From Ylistrum balloti (taxonomy: Eukaryota): a DNA stretch of 64,000 nucleotides. The stretch is taken from positions 806,001-870,000 of the forward strand of contig NW_026781915.1 of assembly GCF_031769215.1 (NCBI RefSeq), given 5' to 3'. The translations under genes were made by a program, and so were the position numbers. Of the stretch, positions 1 through 15,000 are shown piece by piece (the first letter of the stretch is position 1; each line of letters begins with the position of its first letter). The notes under the pieces were generated by a model. It saw only the letters and a program-made list of their open reading frames with translations. It did not search any database and was not told where the DNA came from.

Positions 1-35
1 TCACCCCGAATGGAAGATGCAGAAAATATTTTAGC
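1..35 (-). CDS. Gene 1 exon 26, truncated by the window edge (AKIFSASSIRG..)
   Basis: tatctttgtcag| then an open phase-0 frame to base 1; positional equivalent of exon 16. Confidence 0.55.
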
Positions 36-3000
36 CTGACAAAGATAAGAAGGTGGTCTTTTAGGTTAGGCGTTTGTCATGTCATTTACAAAGTGTTAAT
101 TATAAGCAATGTTTATCATCTCTAAGGGTTGTTTACAGGTAAAACATGTAAGTCATTAATACTTTTTTTTTCATCTCTAAGTCTTTAAAAGTGGTTTTTC
201 AGTCAGTAACAATGTGTATCATCTCTGAGGGGTGGTTTTCAGAGAACTGTGTTCTAAGTAACGCTTTGTTAAATTTCTAAGTGGTGGTCTTCAGATAAAC
301 TTTCTGTTAGTCAGTAACAATGTGTATCATCTCTATGGGATGGTTTCCAGGTAATACATAATGCGTTCCAAAATCGGATACTTTTCAGATAAAATGTTAG
401 CGTAACAATGTGAATTATATCCATATCAGTTAACTGTAATTCCTACCATTACTTTTGCTTCGTATCTAATCACAAAAGTACACACTTAAATATGTTTTAA
501 GAATAAATCAAATGTATTGGCTATAAGTGTTATATTGTTATGCCTAACGATTGAATTAGATTTATCATTTTTGTTGTGTCACGAATATAATAACTAATTA
601 AACAGTTTATTAAATCAAATTAAGTTAAATAAAATTAAATAAAAATTAAATTTCACTGCTTTGTGGGATAAACGGCTAACTACAAATATATGGTAATTAA
701 TCCATAGGGACATATACATACATCGTTATTGTTGATATGGTGCCTGAAATAAGATAATTGTACGAGAATAGTTTACCGTTACCATTTCACCATTAGGTAT
801 GGAGACGTTAAATTGCCCCGTGTAAACAGCGTTCTTCAGTCTGGTGTAGGCTTGTTCTATACTAGGACTAGGTATTGTGCTGTCCTGAACAGTTCCTTTA
901 ACAATAAGGTTATAGAATTATTTACAATTGTAAAACAATTATATGACGATAAATTAAGTATGTTTCTATTTCATCATAATGCGTGTGCATGATTCCATGA
1001 CGGATGGTTTTATATCTAAATTGAAGTACGAGATTCCATAAAGTGTGTTATTCTTAAAATAAAAGATCAATTAACATAAAAAAGAGCATGAAGTTGAACG
1101 TAATGAACGAGGTTACGTAAACGATATTTTCAAGGTGAAACAATAATGTACTGGAAAGCGTAAACTTTCTAGATTTCTAAAATTGAAGCAAAACTAATTA
1201 TTTCTTCATATTATTTCAAATCTACATGCATCTTTTTTTAATATTTCCATCCTTAAATAATGGTGAAACCCACACCTCCTATATGACGATGTTTAGAGTG
1301 TACCTCAGTGAAGATGAAAGGGTATTAAACACAATTACTTACTTGAATAGTGGTAACAGGTGGTATTAACGTTAACCTTCGGTCCATCCTGGCTGTGGTT
1401 TCTATTCAGAAAGCAAAAGTTGGCCTGGGGACAATAGTCAAAACTGTTACAAGGGAAACTACTTAGGGAAGAACAGATGTCCGCACAGCCTTTCGCCGTT
1501 CTAATGTTTGGGAAATTAGCATCCGACTTGTGGGGTGTAAACGTTCCAGCCACCAACGTAAAACCAGCTAAAATATGTAACAAAACGACAGTACATTATT
1601 ATCATATAAAGTTATGACTCTTACATCCTCGATTCTCCAGGGGTTACAATCGATTTCGCTCTCTGCACCCCTGGAGCATGTCATAGCAAAATTGAAAGCA
1701 CAAGCAGAACAATTTGATTGGTTCCAGGGGCAAAAAAATTACCAGTCACAGACTGATACGCTCCTTTTGAAGATTACGAGCGACATTCAACGTCAAAGCC
1801 ATTACAATATACCGTTATGCGATCTCGAGATTCATTTGATGAATGCCAAAGGATCAAACTAGTCTTTCCTACAAGGTGTCGCACAAGGAACCATCAGTTT
1901 TGCTATGGCATGTTCCATGTGTGCAGAGAGCAAAAATGGTCATAATGCCCGGAGTATCGAGGATGTGATTCCTAAAATGTACATCGTATCTATACATGTA
2001 ATTGGAATTCTGCATGGTGCATTTCACATATAGTATTTATTGATAACAAGACAGTCATAGCCTTTGCCACTAGAATGTATTGTTTACCCATAAATGGAAT
2101 TCGGCCCAGTAGAGTGCTTGTAACGTATATATTGTCGTCGTCATAATCCACTTGCGTCCCTTGGAATCTGATGACAGATGCACTGGTGCTCTCAGCCATG
2201 TTCATCTGAGACATCAACTTGAATATCTTGCTATATATGTCCAGGAATGGATGAAATTTCCCTGCAACACAAAGTATTGTGTAAATATTCTCAGTTCGCA
2301 TCTACAAGACGTTCACAAATGTTTGACCTAGAAAAGACTCAACATTTTAAGCAAAACATCCTAAATTTGATGTGCAATTTACTGGCTGTAATAAGATAAA
2401 GGATGTACACGTGCTCCAAATAAAAAATGAATGTTACTAAACCAGAATGTTTACAAAAATGTGTATGAAATTCCATGAACTATTTACAAATTAGTTTTAG
2501 TACATTGATCTATCAGTTAATAAATGTTTGTAAGTTCCATATATTATTTTATTCTGACCACCTATAATTCGATCCGAACGTATTACATATATAAATAATG
2601 TTTCAGCGTTCAAACTAAAATAAAAACTACAGCGGTGTTTTTAAAAAGATACTCTAAATAAGGTGTGTTTTGTGAAATTTACCGAAAAGGAACTCCATTT
2701 TTTTCGGTATCTATTTGGCGCAATCATAATGATACAGGTTAATAAAGAATCATAAAACTGTTATAACATTAAAGGCTGTGTGGAACATAACGAACTAATG
2801 CAGGTGAGAGTTCTATACACTAAACAAAAACATTGTCACAATGTCCCATTTTACAGTTGTTGAAGTTTTTGCTCAAAATCAAAATACTTAATATTTATAT
2901 TTCCTTGTGAAGTAGAGGAAAATCAAGAAAAGCAAACTGAAATAAAATTTAAGGAGTTGTAAGTTGCAGTGAAGAAATATAAGCAATATTAGCGACTCAG

Positions 3001-6000
3001 ATGACTGATTCGCGGAAAAGAAGTGCAATATTATGATTGAATGATAACATGGACTTCACGCAGCAAAGTAAGTTCTTACCGTGGACTAGAAATATTATGA
3101 TTTCAATGATAACATGGACTTCGCGCAACAAAGTAAGTTCTTACCGTGGACTAGAGATATTATGATTTCAATGATAACATGGACTTCGCGCAACAAAGTA
3201 AGTTCTTAACGTGGACTAGAAATATTATTATTTCAATGATAACATGGACTTCGCGCAACAAAGTAAGTTCTTAAAGTGGACTAGAAATATGTGCATGGAA
3301 ATAGATTTAAAAGAATAAGGATTTGGTGAGGGCACAATATGAGAACACGACAGTTCATCTCCGTTTTTATTGACAATAATAAGACAGTGTAAGTGATTAG
3401 GATTTCAGGTTTCGTTAGCCAGCAAGGGAATTACAAGACAAACTAACCAGGAAATTGTATTTGAAAGTGGCGTTGATTGGCTTCACTGAAACATTTTCTG
3501 ATATCAAAGATGGATAGATCTGGATGTGAAACTTCTTCAAAGTCAAAGAAGTCGTATGACAAAAATAGTCCTAGCTGTGAAGAGAAGAAACATCCAATCA
3601 TCACAGTGAATTGCATAACAATGCTAAAACAATGCCAGTCTATCACCAGTGTAGAAGTACGATTATACAGTTACAATATCCATTCCTACAGAGTAAACGT
3701 CGAGACGTCAATCTTTTACTTTTGTAGTTAATCTTGAATATTACCGTGGAGGTGTTGCACGTTAGTACAAGTAGTATGTAAATCTAAAATCTTGCCTTTA
3801 TTCTGCCAAAGAAAACGCTGATGAACTTGACACAAAATATACTTGTTTGGCTTCCTTATCCATGAAGATAACCCCATTTATTCCATTGAACTATTGCATT
3901 TACTATTGCAAAGGGTAAAAGAATCTAATCGATAGACTTGAATGTGAATACGGGACTTGGCAACCACCGCCTCATTCTATTCCACTCTTTGTATATAAAA
4001 TCAATTTTATCAAACAAAAAGTGGTCGCCTCGAAGTTCAAAACCGAGAAACAGATGATTTTAGCGTCTGATTATTAGGATTTATTGTACACGGACATAGC
4101 GACATTTTACCTGCATTATAGTGATCTCCATGCGAACAGGTTGGGAGAACGTCAGATCCCTGGAATCGGCAGACACTTCTGTCCATCCACCCTTGGTATG
4201 TAAATATGGCTTGTGAATTGTGAACTTGTGAACTGTGCTTTTTTCAAATATGTAAATGCAATCTGGCAGATATGTTACAGCGAAAAACGTGAAAACGTTT
4301 CGATATACAATGCAAGTTTAGAGAAAGAATAATTAAAATATCCTCTTAATTCTACCAGATTCACATAAGTAATTATATAGTACATATTGAAAACAGTAGC
4401 TAATAAACGTCAAATACATAAAAAAAAAATATTGGCAGTTAATCACTGTACCAGTAATGCAATTTTCCAGTGATGGTATAACTTTCTGAGATTTGTCCGA
4501 TCAGAACGATGGTTTCGATTCTATTTGTATGGCAGAATATATCGATAATTGTCATACCTGCAGCGTTACATCTATAATCTTTCATACTCGTGAAATTATA
4601 TTAAATGAGAAATATTTTCTTAAAGTTGCAGTATCCTCTGATAGGATGGAAGATGTGAAACTAAAGGAGTAAATGAAATTTTCTTCCTTATTCTTTTATT
4701 TCTCATTTCTATCCCATAAGTGGGAAGACACGTGGATGTTTACCTGGAGGAAGAAGTACCTGATGAGTGCTGTGTTGTTGGTAAACGACAGTCCAGGCAT
4801 ACTGAAATTATGGACTATGGTTTCATAACCACTGGTAAGCTGGTCCCGTACTGATTTCTAGAAAAAGAATCACTTAAGGTATTTGAATGAGGGGTATATC
4901 GGTATACAGTATAGGCGTCCTATATTTGTTACATCATAATAAAATGCTACACTTCACAATGTGTTTTAATTTTTTTAGCTTATTTAGAATGGGCATATAC
5001 ACAACACTGACACCAGAACCGTAAAATTAAAATATGAATGTTGATTTGAACTATCATTAGATGGAGGTGAAACATTTGCCAACGATATACATTTTAGTGT
5101 TTTCAGACATTTGCATAATTACATTAATCCTTCTTAAATATAGATCTGAACTAGGTATATATTTTTTGTTAATGTCCATGCTCATTTAACGTTGTATTGG
5201 GTGGATTTGACTTAAATTCAAGGTCATAGGAGTTGCTTCCCTTGTGTTATATTGTATTATTAGTATCAATACTACTGTTATTATGTAATGAATACATTGA
5301 TTATATTGTATGCTATTTTATTTTGTCTTGTACCACTCTGATGTTATATGTTGAAAGGAATTGAATAGACTATGTCTGATGTTTAATCCTTTTGTCACAT
5401 ATGTATTTATATGTAACAAAAATGTTTGAAACTGAAATTGAATTTTATATTTTGCCAGAAGAGGAAGATTATTGAGTTGAAATAGCATGTGACCGATACC
5501 GCTACACCTTTCTTGACAATAAAATGTTCAAATTAAACCTGTTATTGTACAACATTTGAAATTCCTATCAACATTACGGTCATTTTTCATCTGAATTGTA
5601 CCTCAATCATTTACCTGCCCAATAAATTTGTAGTTATTTGTTATGTGGAAAAATTCGAGTGGACTCTTCATCTGCACAACATACGCGCCATTCTTCAGGG
5701 CTGACTTAGGATCTAGTTCACTGTCGATAGCAGCAGAACCTATCGGTACCACGGTGCAGTTCTCGAAATCCCTGTCTATATTATACGCCACGCCTGAAGG
5801 AGGAATGGAACAATTGTTAGTAGTACAAGGATTATATTGTTTAAATGTCTATAGCATAACCTCGTTGTTGATATATAGCATCACTATTAAAAACGAAGCT
5901 TCTATTGAGCCGTACACGATTTTTCGTGATAATGTCAAGGATATTATGTTTAATATAATATATTCGTGAAGCTCAACTTTCGTGGATAAATAGAGCATAA

Positions 6001-9000
6001 ATAACATAGATAAGCAAATAACGAGGAAAAATTCAATTTCAATTATTGGATTAGACTTTGGTGAATTCCAGCCTCTCAGAGAGGTTCCTTGGCCTGTTAA
6101 TCAATCTTATCTTCCTTTACACAATCTAGGTCCAAAATTTGATGCAAATAGTGGTACTGGAGGTCGTTGTAGGCATATTAACGGGTGTTTTTAAATAGCT
6201 TATATGTTTTACGATCAGTCACTTATAACGGTAAACCTACCTGTGTTGAAGTCATGGATAAAGGTCATTGGGTTGGTTGAGTAAAATGGTGGTCGTGGCT
6301 GGTAGGATTGATGGTAATCATACCGTACAAATTTGTAGAAAGAATCGTACCAAATCTGTAAAGTTTCAATTAATTTTCAAAATAATTTCTAACGTAATAC
6401 CAATATTTGCAATCTCTGCGAATTTAGATAAACTTCACCTCAATAGTACCATTTCTGATACCATAAAGATACCGCTCATCATTGCCCCGAGAAATCGATT
6501 CTACAATAAAAACAAAACTTTAACGTAAACTGCGAAACCAGTCTTCCATCGCTTTATTTTATCACTCGTGTGTAGCCCCAATTGCCATCTTTTATCCTTC
6601 AACTGGCACAGCAACTGTCGGAATACACCTATTACATATATTTTTGCTGTATTCGGCAGTGACAAAGTGGCTCGACAAGGACTGGCCACTTTTATCATTG
6701 TTCACCCTCGCCAAAATACAATTTATATTTCAAGACACTAACAATGCATTCTCTATTTATTTGGTTTGATGGATCCCAGATCAACGAAAGTTCGTAACCT
6801 TTTCAAGATAACATTTTGGACAATAAATATTGCAGGAGACGTTCCTGTTAAAGGAATTTGGTCTCAGATGTAACAAAGTTGGCGACACAGCAAGGTAGGA
6901 AATAACCGTAAAATATTGCCTATTTTATATCTTTATTGATTTTTGTGTGTAATGCATAATGCAAAACTATAACCAAATGTCACCCAATCATTATTCACAT
7001 TCTGTGTTTATAGAAGACCAATGTATGAACAAAAGATGTATTCATATAGGAACATTTGAAAATTAAAAAATGAATTAACAAAGATAAGAACGGATTGATA
7101 AGCCTAATTTTAGTTCACGATTACTAGCGGGAATATGGTAAAAGTTACCTACTTTGGCGCTATAGACCTCAGCAATACTCGGTATTGTGACTTCCTGACT
7201 GTAGGAGAACTGTCCCGATAACTTGGGCATTGCTACAGGGGTTAGAGTTCCTGAAATGAATACGTCGGATTCGAACTTGGTATATCTATGTCATCAAACA
7301 ACCGTTTTAACTATAATAAATCCACGGTCAATACTTCAAGTGTTTGGCATGAGAGTTCAATGTATTTGAAATATACAAGCAATTTCTAATAAATTTCACA
7401 CAAAGGGACATGATATGACATACTGACGAAATTTTCAAAATTTGAACAGCATTCTGAGTAGTCGCTAGAATTTCAAATTTGTCACGACACCATGGGAGGA
7501 GGATAACTGAATTGTACTCTCGAAGAAGTTCATAATATTGACGAGTTGTTCCACATATTGTCTAAAATAAAACGTATGATGTCAAAGTCTAACGCCATTT
7601 AATGTTATAGCATATTACGTATATCACAACAGATTCCAGAGGGCTTTTGGCACCCACATTTGCTTGCTCTTCATTTCTACTGTGACTGTTAGATCTTTCT
7701 CCTTTTTATTCCTTCTTCTTTTCGTTCTTTTAATTATACAAACAAATTTGAAAATTACTCTTAAGAAATGTTGACAATCATTTTTAATTGTTAAATTCAA
7801 GATGGTCGTCTGTCGATCATTTTGCATTTTTGATCAGTCTCAAAATCAAAACGGCACAACTGTGGACCAAGGGGAACCAACATGTGAAATTTGAAAAATG
7901 TCTGTCGAGAACTTTCATACTTCAAAATTCGCCTGTTAGCCATATTTATGTCAGTCCTAAATCTAATGATCACTAGTGACCAAGAGGAATTCGCATATGA
8001 AAGATCCATCCAATGCTTCTCAACAAAAAAGCAACTTTTTGGTAAGTCCTAAAACCCATCGGACCCTACCATAGGCGATGGGAAACCTACATATGAAATT
8101 CGAGAAACACCTGTACTTTTGTTTTTCTCATCAGTTCCAAAATCAAATGGTTAGGACTAGGGACAGAATAAAATTTGAGAAAGACCCATCTTGTTCTTCT
8201 TAAGAAACATTGATAACAAACTTTCAATCGTAAAAATTCAAGATGGCCACTTGTCAGTCATTTTGTTTTATGATCAGTATCAAAATCAAGAGGACATGAT
8301 TAGACAAGACTAGAGACAAAGAGGCACTCACATATGCAATTTGAGAAAGGTCCATCTAGAACTAGCGATAACAATTATTGTTAACTGACAGACGGAAAAC
8401 GGACCACGAACGATGAAATAAAGAATAAAAAATGAAAAATCGTACGGATTCAATACTCACCTTCCTGGACTTGTGTATCTACGGCTACGTAATCAACCAT
8501 CTTCAAACAGATAACACATCAATAATTAATTCTGGTTTTAAATCGAGATGATATCAAATGTCAATACGTAACAAATTCATAATCTTGTATATTCATTGGA
8601 TGCATAAAAACATATAATTCCCATTTTAATATGATTTGGGTGATGCACGCATAGCAATATTGATATAAATTCAACCAAACAAAAAGTTGCCGCTCTTTTG
8701 CTCCTAGGTAGGCGGACAGATAACTGTATTTAATTAAGACAGTTAGAATATTTTAGTAATTGAAACTGATCCCTGGATTGAGGATTTGTCATTTCTTATT
8801 TCATGACAAAACTGATTAGACTCGGAAAGTTATGCAAACATTTCTCTAAGGCCGACATAATCCTTTTCTTCGTCTGGAAACTCAATGTTAAATTCAAGAA
8901 TGATGTCAATATTAATAGAATTATTGCATGATGCATTTTATTCATTATTTGAATACTGTATTTAGCTATGAATTGGTATGATTACGTGCTATCTGTATGT

Positions 9001-12000
9001 CTTTTGCACAATCATCTCAACATTCGAAATGGCCACCATATCTCGGCTAGTGTCAGAATAGTAGCCATGGCAACGTGATTGAAATTCATGAGACTATCAA
9101 TGATTAGACCCCAAGATTATCCAATCAAACTGTGTTGTATCATCAATATTTTAGAAGATACTGTATAATGTATCATCTGATGTATTTGATTGTCCTACCT
9201 GACCAGTATCCTCCTGTATCTGGAACACCAGAATTTGATTGTAAATAGCAATGCGGAGAGCAGCGTACGCGTCTAGCATAGTTACCTCCGGTGCTCGTGG
9301 GCCATTAACATTTCCTGAAAATCATACGGTCTATAGTGACAATATTTATTTTAAATACGGATATATACTTTACCAAACATTAATGATAAACACTTTTTAA
9401 GTCGACTCTATGACATGTTAATTGCATTCCAAAATATAAGAATAAAATATCTTAAGAATCAATATAAAATATTCCTGTAATATAAGCTTTTGCTGTTGTT
9501 CTAGGCACAAAGCCAAATACATACCAATTTAAAACAGTCTAATCTGACATCATGATAAAATCAGTATAGTAATGTGTTTGTATTTTGACATTTGACATTT
9601 TAAAATATAGAGATTGGAATGATCGAATTTGAATTCAACAACGATTTGGGAAGCGGATTCTTACTTGAGTAATGAGAACAGGCACTCTGAATCAGCACAG
9701 CGGTTCCGTCACCGATATGGCTCCTACTTAACCGACAAGAAGCGGTGTCCGTAGGACAATAATCAAAACTGTTACACGTGAAGTTGTTCAGGTTTACACA
9801 GAACGTAGCACATTCCATAGGAGATACCGTCTTAGGAATCACCAGATCATCATGTCTCTCTATCTCCCTCCCAGTAGTGTATGTAAATTGAGCTGAAAAC
9901 GTGTCATTCGGTAATTCTACATCAAAACACTGCATACCGCTAAATATAACCTTTCTAAATTACTACTTTCCGAGAAACTCATCACCTGTAAAGCTAATGA
10001 TTACTTAAAGTTATCCATCAAAATTCATTATATTTAAATCAAATTCTTAGTTACAGTTTTGTTAGTATTTGAAGATCTATATTTGTAAGGGCTAGGTATA
10101 AAGATTATATCGCTATATCATCGATAATATTTGGCATTGTCACATTACAAACCCTTTTCATTAATACTGTGTATTATTCAGAAGTTAAAACTTCATATTA
10201 TTTTCTCTTTATTGAGTCCTTATATGCAACAAGTGCAATACATTTGTTTCGGTCACTAGACGAATTGAATACAAAATGCTATTTAATGCATTGTATGTAT
10301 TTATGAGTAAGGTATGTTGTTGAAATAGACAGTGATATATAGTGGTACATGATAACACTTCTTACCTGTCGCTGGAGTCCTGTCTAGTAATGTGGCTCTC
10401 AGAAACACATCTCCAATATCATGGTCGACAGAGACATCTTGTATCCTTATCGGAGACACGCTCATTGTCTCTGCTATCAATAGTCGTGTTTTTAGCTTGA
10501 ACACATCGGCTGTGTCTTGATTAAATAAAGCTGACCAAATGGAAATGAAATATTAAATATCAAATCAACATAAGTTTAAAATACAAGAACAAAAGGTTAA
10601 TATAGCAATCAAACATCCAGGAAATTTCACGATATGGCGTATAAATTAGAAAAGAAAAAGAAAAATTTGGTCATGAAAAATCCCTGAGCATTTCTACAAG
10701 TCCAGGAAATGAATAAACTTCATTTATTTACGAAATGATTATTCCCACACTCTGTACGTTTCAGACCAATGTTGACGGAAATCGGTTTTGACATTTCTGT
10801 GCAAATGGAAACATTCAGCTCATTTATCCCTTTGATCCCCACCTTTGTCCCAAAAGGCTCAAAATAATCTTTCTAAGAAATAATTTCCATATCACAAAGA
10901 CGATTAGGACCAAATTTGGTTGAAATCAACTGATTTCGCCAGGTGTCGAAACAACCTCATTATCGAGGGAATAAATGATGTCTCACACCAACTTTGGTTG
11001 AAATCCACTTAGTTGTTATAAAGACATATCATTATTAGCTAATGCTTTAAGGATTAATTATGTATATTTGAATTACAATGACGGTTGACAAAGATAAACG
11101 ACACATAAGCTCTGTAACCTATTCAATCGTGACGATAGCTTAACAGTGAGATCAAATCGGTATACAGTCTTATTTACAATCATATCTCTGGTCGACAGAG
11201 AATGTTTTATTGATAAATCAACACATCTAATCATTCTATGCTAGTATACAGTCCAGTGAATCTGTCGTCTTACGTTAGACTAATTGCAATATAATTGATT
11301 TTTTATTTTTGTTTTTTTCAAAACGACTGGTATATACATCATAACTTGGAAAAGTCCGCAAAATTCAACAATGGAGATTTTTTTAGCCTAAAAAGAATCA
11401 GGAAACTTTGGAAAAAAAGCTCACTGGATCAATTTAGAAGAGGATGTCTACCTTTTATGTAACACAGTGCATGCAACATTAACATAATTCCTATGTTGAA
11501 TACAGACTAGCTAAGCTTCATTAGAAACCATTACACGTACGATGAATATGGCTGAAAGGCATCAAAATATCAAACAAACTGGCTTTTATTGCATCTTAAA
11601 GACAAAAATATTGAATCAAAGATTATCAATATTAATTATGAATTAAGATAAGCATTTATATTTAATGTTTCTATTTCTACCAATTAAAATGAGAGCTCTA
11701 AATTGGCCTTGGGTTGATTTTAGAAGATTTCCGGAAATAATTAATGTAGTCAATTGGATTGAGTTCTTTCCTCATTCAAATTTGACTGAAGAGTTAAAAA
11801 TAGCACAGTCCATGACATCGAACAACAGAAATACGGATATTTAAGTGCTTTATCGGATTGCTAAATCTTTGGACAGGAATTACCACAAGAATACGATCCT
11901 CTCGATTAATTAGGATTTCTTAAATTTAAACAAACTATTTTTTCTTTCCCCCAATAGTTCGGAATGGAAGATAAGATATTTTCATGATTTTGACTCTGCT

Positions 12001-15000
12001 TGCAGTGTTGATGCTAAATTGCATGTTTTCAGCATCACGACTCGGATGAAATAATTTTGTCAACAGCGGTATTTAGAGTATGTAGTGTACATACACAAGT
12101 GAGCATGAAGTAAATATATCAAATTACATGTATAGAAAAAGGTTCCAAGACACTAAATCAAGTGGACAATTTGATGATTAACAATTTTTGGAAATGAATG
12201 TATCATCGGTCACTTATGAATATGAAATAAAAATATAAGGTTTTAAAAAGAAAACTATAAATTCATACTGTTACTAACATTAAATAACGGTACTTTCGAC
12301 AATTAAACAGAAAACAAAAGCCAATAACATCAAGTTAAAATGTTCTTTTCCGCCATTTTATAGTTCAATACTTTTTCAATGCGATGTCTCTGGTGGTGTA
12401 TTTTAAAGAATCTGTACTCTGTTTTTGTTGATGCTTACAACATGTTTTAAACTTAAGTGAAAGATGTCACACTTCAAACTTGGTTAAATACGTAATTTTC
12501 TTTATTTCCTTGATCTTGTAAAAGGTCAAAAACATATTTCCCAGAGGCCTAATTTGTGTCAACCTGTGACCATACTGAAAAAACTATACCAAAAATCACA
12601 CACAAAAAATCTGGTACAATTAGTGTAAAGTGCTAATTATCAGTAAAATGAATGGACAAAAGTTTACACTTTAATACATCCATTTATATATATGCTGTGT
12701 GTATTATAGAGGACAATATAAGGATACCAATGCAAACATAGGGTACAGACCTAAAATCATTAAAAAACTTTATACTGGGATTACAATATATATATTTTTT
12801 TTGTATTAAACATATAAGTAAATTTTAAGTTAGTGTAATTTTGATATTCTGCTAATGCATAGCATCGGAATATAATATTCAAACATCGATACAAACCTGG
12901 GAAGCGGACATTAAAGCGGAGTTTGTCTTTTGATGGATAACAGGGTGAAATCTCGAATACGGAAAGGTCTGGGTGGTCATTGTTAAAGTCTATGATGTTA
13001 TACATTCGGTAGAACTCGGCCTGTCAGAGAAGAGTAATAATCATTGTAATATAGTACATGTGGTTCTAACAAACATCCTAGATCAGATTCTTTAAAAGAT
13101 CACAACATTTACCTTGAAGAATGAATATCTTCATTGAAAGTATCAACAAATGCACTGCTATGTTATGTAGGTGATTTGATATCAGCACAAAATAATGTAC
13201 AAGCTGTACAGGTTCTTTAAAATAGTTTATAATATATTTTTGGAATTATGACTTTGAAATAAACTTGCTTATATGAATAAGTTATTATAGGTATGAATTA
13301 CCAACGTCCATATTCATGTTGCTAACACATTTGAGATATCGCGGTGTTCCTTATCTGAATTGAAGCTATACAAACTTTATCACAAACACATTCAATTCAC
13401 CAATATGTCAAATGTTAGAAGGTGTGAAATAACAATGCAAGGTAAGTAATGATATATTAAAAGTTAAGTAAAGCCAACAATACAACGGTATTAAAATGAA
13501 CTGAATGAATGCTGAAGCAAGTACATATCATGAACCTTCCAGATAGCAGGCGAACTTTAATTACAGCCTTTTCTTGATACACTGGTCACGTCTCGGGGTT
13601 CATCTTCTCTAGAGATACCTCAGTATTAATATTTCCTGGTGGAGTCTCTGGAAAATTTACCTCGGTGTTCACTCTATCCGTATGTCCTGGTGAGGTCTGT
13701 GGACAGGTTACATCAGTATTTCCCTATCTATAGGTCCTGATGAATTATGTGGACAAGTAACCGGATATTCCCCTATCTATAGGTCCTGGTGAAGTCTATG
13801 GACAATTAATATCAGCATTTATCTATATATAGGTCCTGATGAAGTCTCTGGACAAGTCAGTATTCACCTATCTTTAGGTCCTGGCGAAGTCTCTGGACAA
13901 GACAGTATTCACCTATCTATAGGTCCTGATGAAGTCTCTGGATAAGTCAGTATTCACCTATCTATAGGTCCGGGTGAAGTCTCTGGACAAGTCAGTATTC
14001 ACCTATCTATCGGTCCTGGTGAAGTCTCTGGACAAGTAAACGCAGTATTCTCCTATCTATAAGTCCTGATGAAGTCTCTGGGCAAGACAGTATTCAATTA
14101 TCGGTAGGTCCTGGTGAAGTCTCTGGATAAGACAGTATTCAATTATCGGTAGGTCCTGATGAGGTCTGTGGCCATGTTAACTCAGTGTTTACTCTTTGTA
14201 GAAGTCACGATCACATCATGGGGCAAGTCCTCTTTACCCGTCATCTTACGGGTAGGTATTCTGTCTTTCACGGGTAGGTGGTATATATTCTCTCCTAAAA
14301 CTCCAGCTTTATTAATGTGATCTAGTACACAATATATTTATGTTACAAAGAGGTAACCTACCGTCTCACTGTCGCTGCTGACGGTCAACTGGACGGGAAC
14401 TCCTTCATCACTGTTTGTCCCATGATTTGGCACGTCATACATTTCTCTCTACAAGAAAAAATTAGTTTGTACTTATTTATACAGATTTGTACAGATTTAT
14501 AAAGTTTAAAATTAAAATGGAGTTAATGACATGTTTATAAACTAAATCCTGACCGAGTCAAATGATCAAACATTGTGAACCTACTTATACTTACACCCAG
14601 GAAGTAAGCCTCTATAGTAACATTGATGGGTTGGTTCGTTCCATCAACCTGGAAGTTTGTCACTACGGACGAGAACACGTTACACTGCATTTCACGACAT
14701 CTCCTCTGGTAAAGTGGAAGAACTCATTGGATTTAATTATCAATGTGTGATAAGTATTTAATACGCTTCTTTTCTGATTACCATGACTAGAATTTAATAC
14801 TACTGTTTAATGAATGATATCAGATCAAAAGTGATATCAAGATACGGTGCTGTGACTAATACGGAAAACGAATTGCATTAATTATCAACATCTTTTCTTT
14901 TCACTGATATAATTGATAATAAGCATTCTTGAGTTGAATCAATAAAGTGGTAAAAAGTGTTATAAAAATTCGCAATATTCAATATTGTAAGAAAATTGAA

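Noticed and set aside
1614-1862. 82-aa plus-strand ORF
   Set aside because: Lies within the fold-back MITE in an intron; no recognisable motif.
6501-6700. Less AT-rich intronic segment with a 65-aa ORF as an extra gene 1 exon
   Set aside because: No phase-compatible open exon; exons 17 and 18 join directly and mirror exons 7 and 8.
7262-7330. GTTCGAATCC B-box on the minus strand as a tRNA gene
   Set aside because: No cloverleaf or proper A-box; at most a decayed SINE head.
13730-14170. CTGATGA followed by a GTC-TCTG-GAC hairpin in the 45-bp repeat, resembling a hammerhead satellite
   Set aside because: No GAAA after helix II and no helix III/NUH arrangement; many units have CTGGTGA.
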